Numbered from the stretch's first letter, positions 46,512 through 56,975 are shown. The stretch is 64,000 bases of DNA from Candidatus Kaiserbacteria bacterium (GCA_016699245.1 CP064968.1:704317-768316), one strand, 5' to 3'. Translations and numbers: made by a program. Notes: a model not told the origin generated them from the letters alone.

Positions 46512-47639
46512 CTATTGTTTCAATGCTTCAATTCCTGGAAGAGTCTTGTGTTCCAAAAAGTCGAGCATCGCACCACCTGCGGTTGAAACAAATCCAAATG
46601 ATTCCGTTATACCGAGTGACTCAATAGCAGTCACGGTGTCACCTCCACCCACCACCGAGTATGCGTCGCTTGTAGCAATCATTTCGGCACAACGCTTCGT
46701 GGCATCGTCAAATCCTCCTTCGTAGTTACCAAGAGGCCCATTCCACACAATCGTTTCTGCTTCTCTGATAAAAGGTGCGAGTGCATCCACCGAGCGGGGA
46801 CCGACGTCGAGAATTTTCTCGTCAGATTGAACGTGCTCGACAAGCACCTCACGCTTACCATGCTCTCCACCAACCACGACATCGACGGGCAAAATAATAC
46901 TTTCTCGTTCGAGAAGCAAATTCCCCTTCATATCAACAGAAGAAAGAAGTGACTCCCCCACAGGGAAACCTTTCCCTTTCAAAAAATCATTCGCGAGAGC
47001 ACCCCCAATGAATGTGTGTGTGTAGTCTCTAGAATATTCCTCAACAAGTGGTTCCTTTGTCTCAAATTTAGCACCCCCAAGAATAAAAAGTGACGGACTG
47101 TGGGGCTTGAGCACTTTCGAAAGTTCGGTGTATTCATCTAAAAATGAGACGCCTGCAAAACTTGGAATGTATTTTGGGATACCAACGATTGATGCGTGTG
47201 GTCGATGAGACACCGCAAACGCATCGTTCACATAATACTCACCGTATGAAGCAAGCATTGCTCCAAAAGCGGCATCATTTTTTTCTTCTCCTTCGTGTGA
47301 ACGTAAATTCTCGAGAAGTACCACTTCCCCTTCCTCCATTTTTGCTAGTGCATCTGTGACCACCGACCCCAACAACGCAGGTACATACGTAATAGGGACA
47401 TATTCCTGAAGCGCTTGTGCGAGCACCTCAAGTGTCGTTTTAGGATTTCTGCCAAGATGGGTGAGAAGTACCACTTTCGCCCCTCCGAGCATAAGATGTG
47501 TGATAGTAGGCAATGCACGAACAATTCTAAAGTCACTTTGTATCACTCCATCAATCATAGGAACATCGAAAGGAACCCTCACCAATACATGTTTCCCGCG
47601 AACGTCAGATATCTCCATGACCGAATGTATTTTTTTCAT
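46512..47639 (-). CDS. pgk: Phosphoglycerate kinase
   Basis: PGK N- and C-domain motifs. C-terminus ...MLDFLEHKTLPGIEALKQ. Confidence 0.9.
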   Translation of the reverse strand: MKKIHSVMEISDVRGKHVLVRVPFDVPMIDGVIQSDFRIVRALPTITHLMLGGAKVVLLTHLGRNPKTTLEVLAQALQEYVPITYVPALLGSVVTDALAKMEEGEVVLLENLRSHEGEEKNDAAFGAMLASYGEYYVNDAFAVSHRPHASIVGIPKYIPSFAGVSFLDEYTELSKVLKPHSPSLFILGGAKFETKEPLVEEYSRDYTHTFIGGALANDFLKGKGFPVGESLLSSVDMKGNLLLERESIILPVDVVVGGEHGKREVLVEHVQSDEKILDVGPRSVDALAPFIREAETIVWNGPLGNYEGGFDDATKRCAEMIATSDAYSVVGGGDTVTAIESLGITESFGFVSTAGGAMLDFLEHKTLPGIEALKQ

Positions 47640-47645
47640 AGATAT

Positions 47646-48416
47646 TTACATAGTACGCACCGCCTTAGCAATGTGCGTAAACTCATCAGGATGCAAACTT
47701 GCCCCCCCTACCAAGAAGCCGTCCATCATACCGTCTGCATGAAGTGCTTGTGCATTCTGTGCAGTGACCGAGCCACCGTAAATAATACGCACTTTTTGCG
47801 CTATATTACGCCCATAAAGGTCAGAAAGTATTTTTTCAATAAAAAGTTTCATTTCGTGAATATCTTCTGCAGTAGCATTTTTTCCACTCCCAATAGCCCA
47901 GAGAGGTTCGTATGCAATGACGACCTGCCCTAATTTTGCTTTCGAAAGAAGAGCAAGACCTTTCCTGACTTGTGTCTCAATAGTGTTGAGATAATGGCCA
48001 CTGTGGTCTCGATGACCTTCGCCAACACACAAAATGCCCGTAAGGCCAGCCTTTATCACCGCCACGAGTTTTTCATTGATGAGCGGATCTTTTTCTCCGA
48101 GTGCTCGCCTTTCTGAATGCCCGAGAATCACATGCGATACTCCTAAGTCCTGAAGTAAGGGTAATGAAATTTCGCCCGTATGGGGGCCTAGTTTTGCTGG
48201 GTGCACATTCTGCGCACCGAGAGCAAAAATATCACTTCCACTTCGCACCTTTTGTACGCCAGAAAGATGTACGTAAGATGGTGCGATAACTATCTCCACA
48301 TCTTTTACAGATTGTAACTTTTTCTTGAGTTCGGTTGCTAGTTTCGCCCCAAGCGAAATAGACTGCGGATTCATCTTCCAGTTCCCAACGACGAGCGGGA
48401 GAATGCCTTTTTTCAT
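47646..48416 (-). CDS. tpiA: Triosephosphate isomerase
   Basis: VVGNWKMN, TIM barrel motifs. Confidence 0.9.
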   Translation of the reverse strand: MKKGILPLVVGNWKMNPQSISLGAKLATELKKKLQSVKDVEIVIAPSYVHLSGVQKVRSGSDIFALGAQNVHPAKLGPHTGEISLPLLQDLGVSHVILGHSERRALGEKDPLINEKLVAVIKAGLTGILCVGEGHRDHSGHYLNTIETQVRKGLALLSKAKLGQVVIAYEPLWAIGSGKNATAEDIHEMKLFIEKILSDLYGRNIAQKVRIIYGGSVTAQNAQALHADGMMDGFLVGGASLHPDEFTHIAKAVRTM

Positions 48417-48447
48417 ACTTTTATTCTACCATGCAGGGGGGATTAGA

Positions 48448-48486
48448 GGGAAAGCGCTCTCTGCCTATAGGCAGAGAGCGCTTTCC
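48448..48486. repeat. Perfect 17-bp hairpin (loop TATA) between the pilus genes and tpiA
   Basis: ggaaagcgctctctgcctataggcagagagcgctttcc. No adjacent T-run. Confidence 0.6.
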
Positions 48487-48498
48487 TCAAAATGTATG

Positions 48499-49914
48499 CT
48501 ATATCTCTTCCCAGAATACCGTCACATATTGATCTCCGGTAAGAGGAAAACCCGGTGGTGGTGAATACAGCAAGTTCCCATCATAATTGATATTACGCGT
48601 TGCGTAGCCTGTATTATCGGTATATGCAAATCCGTAGCGCAAATTAGTGGCAATCATCCCCCAAAGTGTTAGGGTCGAACGATCGTCATAGGGGGAACAG
48701 TCTGACTCATAATAAAGTCTTCCTACCAAGCCATTCTGCGCTATGAGCGCAGCATCAATTCGCAAATCATTTTCACTCACCATCCCCGCAAGTACGTTTC
48801 CTTGTGCAATAAGACCAATGGTGTCTGTACCATCATATTTCGTATACAGTACATCATTATTAATGATGATGTTTTTTCGTGTTGCTGCATTGTCTGGCAA
48901 GACCGCAGATACTATATTGAGACGAGCACTATTAATTTGTCCATTCACAAATACATGATCCTCAAAAAAGAGAATGCCATTACTCGGAAAGGCGTAATTA
49001 CCAAGCAATACTTGGTTTTGAACACTCCATGTTCCCCATCCTGATTGTCCGGCACTGTTATTACATCCCCCTGGTGCATTCGTCATACTGGTCACGCGAT
49101 ACAAATCGAATGTATCATTTGTTTTCAACACAACATGATATCCGAGCGAGCCCGAGCCCGGTCTATAAAACCCACTTGCCTGCGCATTTGATTTTAATTG
49201 TGACAAATTTGAGGTAATCCCCCCAAAATCAATTGAGGGTACGGGGAATGTACGTCCAATTTCAAATACATCAGCTCTTGAGGGGACGGCGGTCGGTGGT
49301 AGTGGGTCAGTGGGAAAATCGTGAGTATGAACTCCATACTCATTTACTCCGGAGTGATCGGGGTCATCATAGGTAGCTACCCCACTCGTAACCAAGTTAT
49401 GTGCAACACCATCAAATCGCAATCCTTGATTTGAATGAATAGGCCCAAACACTTCCGTTCCCGCTCCAAATCGCATCATGCTATTTGCAACAACCGCATA
49501 TTTTGCAATTGATGGTTTTGCAAACTGGACTCTGAGTGAACGTTGCACTCCCTCCAAGGTCCTCCCTGTTGAAGTAACAATCACCACTGTTGATCCAAGT
49601 GGTGGTGGTACGATTTGGAGTGAGAAATCTCCAATAATGTTGCCGTCTTTATCACGAAACGAATGAACATACGGGCCCGAAGTTGCAGTCCCATCCATAA
49701 AATCAAGAGGTGCGTGTGCAAGGTGCCAACGATAATAATCAATACCCGCCTCTGCTATTTGAATTGCTTGCTCGCGATCGGACATTCGTTGTGTTGCAAT
49801 AACATCGGTAATGCCCCATCGTACCAAACCACCTAAAAGTACCACACCGATTGAAGCACACACGAGTACCAGTATGAGAACATATCCCTTTGTTTTGTAG
49901 GTATGCATGCTCAT
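48499..49914 (-). CDS. Pilus-associated protein with pilin-like hydrophobic N-terminus (PilX-like minor pilin candidate)
   Basis: 471 aa. N-terminus KGYVLILVLVCASIGVVLLGGLV. Overlaps the next pilin gene by 4 nt (ATGA). Confidence 0.45.
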   Translation of the reverse strand: MSMHTYKTKGYVLILVLVCASIGVVLLGGLVRWGITDVIATQRMSDREQAIQIAEAGIDYYRWHLAHAPLDFMDGTATSGPYVHSFRDKDGNIIGDFSLQIVPPPLGSTVVIVTSTGRTLEGVQRSLRVQFAKPSIAKYAVVANSMMRFGAGTEVFGPIHSNQGLRFDGVAHNLVTSGVATYDDPDHSGVNEYGVHTHDFPTDPLPPTAVPSRADVFEIGRTFPVPSIDFGGITSNLSQLKSNAQASGFYRPGSGSLGYHVVLKTNDTFDLYRVTSMTNAPGGCNNSAGQSGWGTWSVQNQVLLGNYAFPSNGILFFEDHVFVNGQINSARLNIVSAVLPDNAATRKNIIINNDVLYTKYDGTDTIGLIAQGNVLAGMVSENDLRIDAALIAQNGLVGRLYYESDCSPYDDRSTLTLWGMIATNLRYGFAYTDNTGYATRNINYDGNLLYSPPPGFPLTGDQYVTVFWEEI

Positions 49915-50534
49915 AGATTGTCTTTTAGATTACGAAGATTAACCTGTGTTGTATAGATGTCTGGTGTCGAAGAGGCTGAAGAACTCGTATCGGCCACTAT
50001 ATAGATTTTGACAAGTCGTACTACCGAGATGTTAAAGGGTTCAACGAGTGGTGTACTCGTACCCGCATATGTCTCATTGTAGTATGAGAAAAGTGGAGTG
50101 GTAGTACTATTTTTGACTGCGTGCACGAGCTCCGTACGCATTTCGTTGGCGACGTTATATACCAAAGGGCTTCCTGTTGCATTGATCACCCCACGCATGA
50201 GCACACCGCTCTGGAGAAAATATCGTATACGCTCCTTTTCACTATCACTGTCTATGTCGCTATAGAATATGAGTGACGATGTCCCTGTCTGCTCGAGTGC
50301 ATACGCACCGACACTCGATGGGGATGCTGTACGTAGTTCAGCAGTCATCGTCTTTATCGCGCGACGCCCTTCTCCTGTCTGTGAAAGCGATGCAGATACG
50401 CTTCGATTCACACTAAACATGTCTATGAGAAGCTTTGTGGCTATAAGACCAATGAGTACCGCGATACCAAGTACCACAAGTATTTCAACAAGGGAAAAGC
50501 CTAGATTTTTGCGAGATGATTGTATAGTGCTCAT
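49911..50534 (-). CDS. Type IV pilin / pseudopilin (prepilin-type N-terminal cleavage motif G|FSLVE)
   Basis: MSTIQSSRKNLGFSLVEILVVLGIAVLIGLIA. Confidence 0.75.
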   Translation of the reverse strand: MSTIQSSRKNLGFSLVEILVVLGIAVLIGLIATKLLIDMFSVNRSVSASLSQTGEGRRAIKTMTAELRTASPSSVGAYALEQTGTSSLIFYSDIDSDSEKERIRYFLQSGVLMRGVINATGSPLVYNVANEMRTELVHAVKNSTTTPLFSYYNETYAGTSTPLVEPFNISVVRLVKIYIVADTSSSASSTPDIYTTQVNLRNLKDNL

Positions 50535-52327
50535 GGTAAAAGAAGTACTTCCTCGTGTGTCCAGTTATTACTCACCGTAATCGACTTGGTATACACCTGG
50601 TACCCTGATGAAGTAACCGTCAATGTATACGTGCCGGCACCAATCCCCGTAAACAACACCTGTCCTGGTGGAGTACAATTTGATGTAAACGTAAATGCCA
50701 CATCAGATACCGTTGGTGTCCAGGTACTACTTGCAGTAGCAAGGAATAGTTTATATCGGATATAGCGGTCTCCTGTATGTACTGCATGAATATCCGTGTT
50801 CGTGACATCATAATATGTTCCCAGAGTCCCATCGGGTCCTTTAAAATCCCATGTGGTCATATCATTGTTGGTAGCAACTTGTATGCGGACGCTATCTGCT
50901 CCCGTCTCTGGTGGCTGTGATTGTGGTTGCAAGAGAATCTGCTTAAATGCGCTACTCGTTCCAGTATCAAATGTAGATGATGTTAGTGTACCATTCCCTG
51001 CAAAGGCACCGAAGGTCTCTTTTAATTGTACTTGCCCTACGGGATTTATATTTTCAATATCGGTGTCATCTTCAAAATATTCGGTTGCATTGGTATACAT
51101 ACTCTGCCCATCTCCCCCCGACCAGTCAGTTTGTGACATATACCCTCGTCCTGTTATATTGGTAACATCATACCCGCTCTTTTGAAGACGTACGGTCGCA
51201 CCCGAAATAGGGAGGCCTGTACCCACATCCTTTACGGTTACTAAGAGTGTGCGTGGATTTTTGGGGACGACGATAAGCGATATGTTTTGGTGTGTATCGG
51301 GATTAAGTGTAAATGGCAATGATGGAATGGTTCCTCCTAAGTCATAGGTTACGTCAGCCACATCAAGATGATACGTGTCCCATTCAAGATCTGGAACTGT
51401 TTCTAATCCTCCACCATTCGTTGAATACGCTTGTGAAAATTTTATAACATCCGGTGGTGTTGTGCCGATAATTTTTTCTCCGGTAAGACTAAAATCTATA
51501 TTGCCGACAGGCGTACAGGTATCGGTCATACTCGTCACCTCAAATTCACTCACCGTATCAATAGAAAAACTCACCTGCGACAGTTGCTGGGACACTACCG
51601 TTGCGTGAGGTTTTGAGGGATTTGGATTTGCAACGTCACCAATCATGTACGTGCGCTCGCTCGAATACCCTGGCTTCGATACGGAAATCTCGTATGCATT
51701 GATGCCTGGTGGTGCATCAATAATTTGCACATACCCATCATTATTTGTGGTATCGTCAATAACAATAGAGGTCGTGGCGACATTGTTTTCGATATGCACA
51801 TCAGCCCCCTGAATCGCCTGCCCCGCTGCATCAAACACGTGTATAAAGAGAGCACCGTTTGTTGAAGATGTTTCGAGACCGCGTGGGCCAATATGCGATG
51901 TAAAGGACATTGGCGCAAAGTCCTTACAAAACGCACAATCGATAGTAAGTTCAGCAAGTCGATAGTCAGATGGTGAAAGATCATTTTTCGTACTACTTCC
52001 AATCTGTCCATCAAAAGGATCGTCAATATTACGTATTACTGTGGTAACCGTAAATTCAACACCATCACGTGTAAGTGTCTGGATGTGTGGAATACTACCA
52101 TTCGGAAGACCTCCTTGAATACCAACATCCTCATAGGAAAGGTTTCGTATGATTTCCATTTGTTCATTTGCGAGAGCAGTTGCAGTAACTTTATTTTGTG
52201 ACACGAGGGCTACTCGAACAACAGTCGAAAAAGTTTCGTACAAAGCGAGGGCAATCATGAGAAAAATCGTTGTCGCAACAATCACTTCAATGAGTGTAAT
52301 TCCTGCACATGTGCGTTTATTGTTCAT
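50531..52327 (-). CDS. Large pilin-like protein (prepilin-type N-terminus G|ITLIEV), 598 aa
   Basis: ATG at 52327 gives the leader MNNKRTCAG|ITLIEVIVATTIFLMIALALY. The longer ORF to 52366 overlaps pilC. Confidence 0.65.
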   Translation of the reverse strand: MNNKRTCAGITLIEVIVATTIFLMIALALYETFSTVVRVALVSQNKVTATALANEQMEIIRNLSYEDVGIQGGLPNGSIPHIQTLTRDGVEFTVTTVIRNIDDPFDGQIGSSTKNDLSPSDYRLAELTIDCAFCKDFAPMSFTSHIGPRGLETSSTNGALFIHVFDAAGQAIQGADVHIENNVATTSIVIDDTTNNDGYVQIIDAPPGINAYEISVSKPGYSSERTYMIGDVANPNPSKPHATVVSQQLSQVSFSIDTVSEFEVTSMTDTCTPVGNIDFSLTGEKIIGTTPPDVIKFSQAYSTNGGGLETVPDLEWDTYHLDVADVTYDLGGTIPSLPFTLNPDTHQNISLIVVPKNPRTLLVTVKDVGTGLPISGATVRLQKSGYDVTNITGRGYMSQTDWSGGDGQSMYTNATEYFEDDTDIENINPVGQVQLKETFGAFAGNGTLTSSTFDTGTSSAFKQILLQPQSQPPETGADSVRIQVATNNDMTTWDFKGPDGTLGTYYDVTNTDIHAVHTGDRYIRYKLFLATASSTWTPTVSDVAFTFTSNCTPPGQVLFTGIGAGTYTLTVTSSGYQVYTKSITVSNNWTHEEVLLLP

Positions 52328-52328
52328 A

Positions 52329-53558
52329 CTAACCAATACTATCTGAGAGCGAGTAGATAGGTGCAATCATCGCAAGGGCGAAGAATCCAACACCAGCACC
52401 AATGACCACCATGAGTATTGGTTCGATGATGGTTGAGAGGTCTTTGGTCTTTTGTTCAACTTCAGTTTCATAGAAAACAGCAATTTCTGTAAGCATTTGT
52501 GAGATTTGACCCGTTTCCTCTCCAACAGAGATCATCTCACCTACCAGAATAGGATAAATCTCCTCGTGGGCAATAAATGTCTCAGAAAGTGGACTCCCTT
52601 TCTCTACATGGAGCGCTGCCTCTTTCAAAACACGCTTGTAGTACACATTTTGGAGTACATCTTCGGTTATATTAATGGCGCTAATTACATCAACACCCGA
52701 TGAAAGAAGGGATGAGAGTGTGCGTGCGGTATAGGCGGAATTGGTTTGCTTCACTATGTTTCCAATTACCGGTAAGTGGATAAAAATAAAATGGAGACCT
52801 TTCCTTCCAAAAGTAGTCTTACTGATACCAATGATACTCCCCACAAAAGTAACAAAGCCGAGGATTGCCATTGCGCTGTGATTCGTGACAAAATCACTCA
52901 CGCTGATAACAAATTGTGTGCTACTCGGGAGTTCAGTGCCAGACTTTGTGAAGGTCTCCGTAAGGGTGGGCACTACAAAAATCATCATGAGAACACCAAT
53001 AATACACATGACCGAAAGAACAATGGTGGGATACATCATTGCTCCTTTGATTTTTTTCTTGAGATTTGATGACCGTTCGAGTTGCATCGCGATAGTTTGC
53101 AGTGCCGGCACCATTCCTCCACTCTCCTCACCAGCACGCACCATCGCTACATACAAACGTGAAAAGGTTCCGGGAAATGCTTTGAGCGCTTCATGAAACG
53201 GGTCACCTTTGTTGATACTTTCGCGAACATGTACCATTACCCCTTTCAAGCGAGGATTTTTCGATTGACGTTCAATCACTGAAAGAGCGCGTGAAAGCGG
53301 GAGTCCGGCTTTAAGCATCGAGGATAGGTTGCGTGTTGTCATCACCAGCTCGTCTGCTTTGACGCGACTGAGGTAATAGTTGATACGCTCTATGTTAAGG
53401 AAGCGCGCGAGCGAAAATTTCCCCTGTTCCTGTATATTCGTGACCACATGACCACTCGTACGCGCGATTTCATACACCGCATATTTATCAACCGCCTCAA
53501 CAGTCTCGGTTATTTTTTCTCCGTCTTTTGTGGTGCCTGTATACGTGAATTTTTCCAT
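52329..53558 (-). CDS. pilC: Type IV pilus assembly / T2SS platform protein PilC/GspF family
   Basis: 409 aa, GspF-domain pattern, three TM segments. Confidence 0.8.
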   Translation of the reverse strand: MEKFTYTGTTKDGEKITETVEAVDKYAVYEIARTSGHVVTNIQEQGKFSLARFLNIERINYYLSRVKADELVMTTRNLSSMLKAGLPLSRALSVIERQSKNPRLKGVMVHVRESINKGDPFHEALKAFPGTFSRLYVAMVRAGEESGGMVPALQTIAMQLERSSNLKKKIKGAMMYPTIVLSVMCIIGVLMMIFVVPTLTETFTKSGTELPSSTQFVISVSDFVTNHSAMAILGFVTFVGSIIGISKTTFGRKGLHFIFIHLPVIGNIVKQTNSAYTARTLSSLLSSGVDVISAINITEDVLQNVYYKRVLKEAALHVEKGSPLSETFIAHEEIYPILVGEMISVGEETGQISQMLTEIAVFYETEVEQKTKDLSTIIEPILMVVIGAGVGFFALAMIAPIYSLSDSIG

Positions 53559-53567
53559 AGGAACACA

Positions 53568-55325
53568 TTACTCAGAAATAACACGAAGTACTTCTTCAAT
53601 ACTTGTTTGTCCCAGTGCCGCTTTGTAGATACCGTCCTCGAGCATGGTGAGCATGTCCTCTTTACGCGCCTGTGCTTCAATAGCGTCTGCGGTACCTGAG
53701 GCAAGGACGATCTCTTTGATGCTCGGTGACACGTGGAGCACTTCATGAATGCCAATACGCCCCTTGTAGCCATCATCCTCTGGACCTTCCTTTGCCCGAT
53801 AAAATGGAATACTGTTCCATGTTGCGTTACTTTTCACTACTCCTTCTTTCTTGAGTGCATCAAGAATTCGGTCCATGTCGACGTGTTTTTCAATCTGTGC
53901 ACGCTCAGTGGCGCTCAGTGTGTAGGATTCTTTAGAGTCGGTAAGACGGCGTACGAGGCGTTGCCCCACCACCACATGCAGTGTGGATACGAGAAGGAAT
54001 GTCTCTACCCCCATATCGACAAGACGCGCTACTGTCGCTGAAGCGGAATTGGTGTGCACCGTGGCAAGTACGGAGTGTCCTGTGAGGGCCGCATTAATGG
54101 CGAGTGATGCCGTTTCTTGGTCACGAATTTCTCCCACCATAATGACGTCGGGATCTTGGCGCATAAGTGAGCGCAGTCCATTTGCAAATGAGAATCCAAT
54201 TTCAGGCTTTACTTGCGTCTGATTCACTCGTGCCATCTGGTATTCGACAGGATCTTCGATGGTACAAATGTTTACCTCGGGTGTGTTTAAAATATCGAGC
54301 ACAGTATAGAGCGTCGTGGTCTTACCAGAACCTGTAGGGCCCGTAACCAAAATGATTCCCGTTGTTTGCTTTGTGGCAGCGTAAATACGCTCAAGCGCCT
54401 GACCGTGAAATCCGAGTCCTTCAAGGGTATAGCCTGAACGCCCTTCGCGGAGAAGGCGCATAACGAGCTTTTCTCCAAAGAAAATAGGGAGGATAGAAAC
54501 ACGAAACGACACTTTTTGTCCATCCATCTCCATTTTAAAGCGTCCGTCTTGCGGTAAACGCTTTTCGTCGAGTTTCAAATTTGAAAGGACCTTAATACGC
54601 GCAGAAATGGTAGGTGCCGCATGCTTGGGGAGAGACATTGCATCATGGAGGATACCGTCAATACGATAGCGAACGAGGAGTTCATTCTCCATTGGTTCAA
54701 TATGGATATCAGATGCTGATTGAATAATAGCGTGATGAAGGAGTGTATCCACGATACGCACAACGGGCAAATCTTCTGCCATCTTTTTCAAGTCTTCTTC
54801 CGATGCTTCTTCCCCGCCATCTTCAGCAAGAATACGAAGCGCGGAGGACTCCTTTGCAATCAAGTCACCAAATTCATCCTTGAGGGTTTTTTGATATTGC
54901 TGAAGTGCATACTTCATTGATTCGGTGTCGGTGAGACGTGGAAGAATTTTGAGTCCCACCTTTTTCTTTACAAAGTCGATTGCCGGAAGGTCGGCAGTAT
55001 CGAGCATAGCAACCTCAAGAACATCATCAGCCTTGCGATAGGCAATAATATTATGATTTCGGGCCACAGGTTCAGGGATGAGCGAAAGGACTTCAAAAGG
55101 GATTTTTATGCCGTTGAGTGCCAAAAAGGGTACGCCGAGTACATATGATTCCACGCGTCGCAAATCATCCTCGGACATTGTTCCACTTGAAATGAGTGCC
55201 TCAGCAAGAGTACGCTTTTCTTCTATTGCTACTTTTTCGGCAGCATCAATATCCTTTCGGGTTACCAAACCCGAATCCATCACAAAACGCTTGAGTTGTG
55301 TATCTTGTATACGCATTGCCTCCAA
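53568..55325 (-). CDS. pilB: Type IV pilus assembly ATPase PilB/GspE family
   Basis: Walker A LVTGPTGSGKTTTL, GspE N-domain, tetracysteine-like region. Confidence 0.85.
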   Translation of the reverse strand: MEAMRIQDTQLKRFVMDSGLVTRKDIDAAEKVAIEEKRTLAEALISSGTMSEDDLRRVESYVLGVPFLALNGIKIPFEVLSLIPEPVARNHNIIAYRKADDVLEVAMLDTADLPAIDFVKKKVGLKILPRLTDTESMKYALQQYQKTLKDEFGDLIAKESSALRILAEDGGEEASEEDLKKMAEDLPVVRIVDTLLHHAIIQSASDIHIEPMENELLVRYRIDGILHDAMSLPKHAAPTISARIKVLSNLKLDEKRLPQDGRFKMEMDGQKVSFRVSILPIFFGEKLVMRLLREGRSGYTLEGLGFHGQALERIYAATKQTTGIILVTGPTGSGKTTTLYTVLDILNTPEVNICTIEDPVEYQMARVNQTQVKPEIGFSFANGLRSLMRQDPDVIMVGEIRDQETASLAINAALTGHSVLATVHTNSASATVARLVDMGVETFLLVSTLHVVVGQRLVRRLTDSKESYTLSATERAQIEKHVDMDRILDALKKEGVVKSNATWNSIPFYRAKEGPEDDGYKGRIGIHEVLHVSPSIKEIVLASGTADAIEAQARKEDMLTMLEDGIYKAALGQTSIEEVLRVISE

Positions 55326-55417
55326 TGCTCACAAAGAGCAGTTACAAACGTAGTATACCATCACCCCTCCCCCGTATCGTGTTTTTTATTTACGTCATGT
55401 GTGCATAGCATCCATGA

Positions 55418-55445
55418 TTGACATATGGAGTGTTTTCGCTATACT
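55418..55445 (+). promoter_or_regulatory. Strong sigma70-type promoter TTGACA-16-TATACT upstream of nusA
   Basis: Hexamers read directly. Followed about 17 nt later by the GC hairpin cggcc-atgc-ggccg plus TTTTT (55463-55485), then a ~250-nt leader. Confidence 0.55.
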
Positions 55446-55736
55446 CGATATGCGATAGGAGTCGGCCATGCGGCCGGCATTTTTGTTGCAAAATTATAAA
55501 ATAAGGGGTGAGAAAGTGCTGGGCACTTTCACCACAAGAGTACTTCAATTTTCATGGTCGTTACACTCCCTGAAAATTTGGTCGCGCAAGAGGTTGTCGA
55601 TAATTTCGACCGAAAGGGAGAAAGTATCATACAACCTGAACAGCTTCTGTTAGGCGTTCTGTCGAACGATAAGAAGGACCCCTATTCAATAATATTTAGG
55701 TAGCCATTAAAAGAGAATACTCTTATCATAATACTT

Positions 55737-56933
55737 ATGTTTGACTTAAAGGTAATTAACTCAGTCTTAGACCAAATGGAGGACGAACGCGGTATTGCGC
55801 GTGAGAAGATGATTGACGCGATTGAACAATCGCTTGCAACTGCATACAAAAAAGAGTTTGGGAAGCGTGGCCAGATTATCCGCGCTCATTTTGATATAGC
55901 GTCAGGAGCCACCGTATTCAATCAGATTAAAATTGTTGCCGACGACACGACAGTTCGTATTGATGAACAAGTTGACCATGAAGCAGAGGGAGACGAACGA
56001 CGAGCCGTTGAAGAAGAGCCTGTTGTCGATGGTGACCTTCGTGTACGTTTTGATCCTGAAAAGCACATTCTTATTGAGAATGCGCGTATGATTAAGAAAG
56101 ACGTCACCGTAGGTGATGAACTCATTTTCCCGCTCGAGCCTAAGGATGATTTTGGCCGTATCGCTGCACAGACTGCAAAGCAGGTTATTATTCAAAAAAT
56201 TCGTGAAGCGGAGAAAGAATCCGCACTCAAAGAGTTTGGTCAGAAGGAGGGGGATATTATCATCGGCCATATGCAGCGTTTCGAACGTGGCAATCTCTAT
56301 ATCGACCTCGGACGTGTAACGGGCGTTATGCCATACGACGAGCAAATCCCTGGGGAACGTTTCCGTCCGGGAGAGCGCATTCGTGCACTTCTTGTTGCGG
56401 TCGATGAGACTCCACGCGGTATTTTCCTCAAACTCTCTCGTTCACATCCTGATTTTCTTGCGAAACTTTTTGAGATTGAAGCACCTGAACTTCAAAGTGG
56501 TTCAGTGGAAATAAAGGCAATCGCACGTGAAGCGGGTTCACGCTCAAAGGTGGCAGTCTGTGCACATGATGATCACATAGACCCTGTGGGTTCTATGGTA
56601 GGTCAGCGTGGTGTACGTGTATCTACAGTCATGAGTGAACTCGGTGGAGAAAAAATCGACATCATTGAATGGTCAGAAAAAGCTTCTGAATTTATTGAAG
56701 ATTCGCTCTCTCCTGCACAGGTACTCAGTGTCGAAATCAAAAGTGAAGCAGGTACGAGTAACGAAGACAATCGCGGACATGCAATCGTCACCGTAGCTCC
56801 CGACCAACAATCGCTCGCGATTGGTCGTGGAGGACAAAACGTACGCCTCGCCGCAAAACTCACTGGATGGAAGATTGATATTGTTTCGAGCCAACCTACA
56901 GCAGAAGCAGTGGTCGCAACCGAAGAAGTGTAG
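55737..56933 (+). CDS. nusA: Transcription termination/antitermination factor NusA
   Basis: N-terminal domain, S1 and KH regions. Acidic insertion. Confidence 0.85.
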   Translation: MFDLKVINSVLDQMEDERGIAREKMIDAIEQSLATAYKKEFGKRGQIIRAHFDIASGATVFNQIKIVADDTTVRIDEQVDHEAEGDERRAVEEEPVVDGDLRVRFDPEKHILIENARMIKKDVTVGDELIFPLEPKDDFGRIAAQTAKQVIIQKIREAEKESALKEFGQKEGDIIIGHMQRFERGNLYIDLGRVTGVMPYDEQIPGERFRPGERIRALLVAVDETPRGIFLKLSRSHPDFLAKLFEIEAPELQSGSVEIKAIAREAGSRSKVAVCAHDDHIDPVGSMVGQRGVRVSTVMSELGGEKIDIIEWSEKASEFIEDSLSPAQVLSVEIKSEAGTSNEDNRGHAIVTVAPDQQSLAIGRGGQNVRLAAKLTGWKIDIVSSQPTAEAVVATEEV

Positions 56934-56975
56934 TTACTGTTACTAAAAGTCTAATCATAATAAAGAATAAATACT

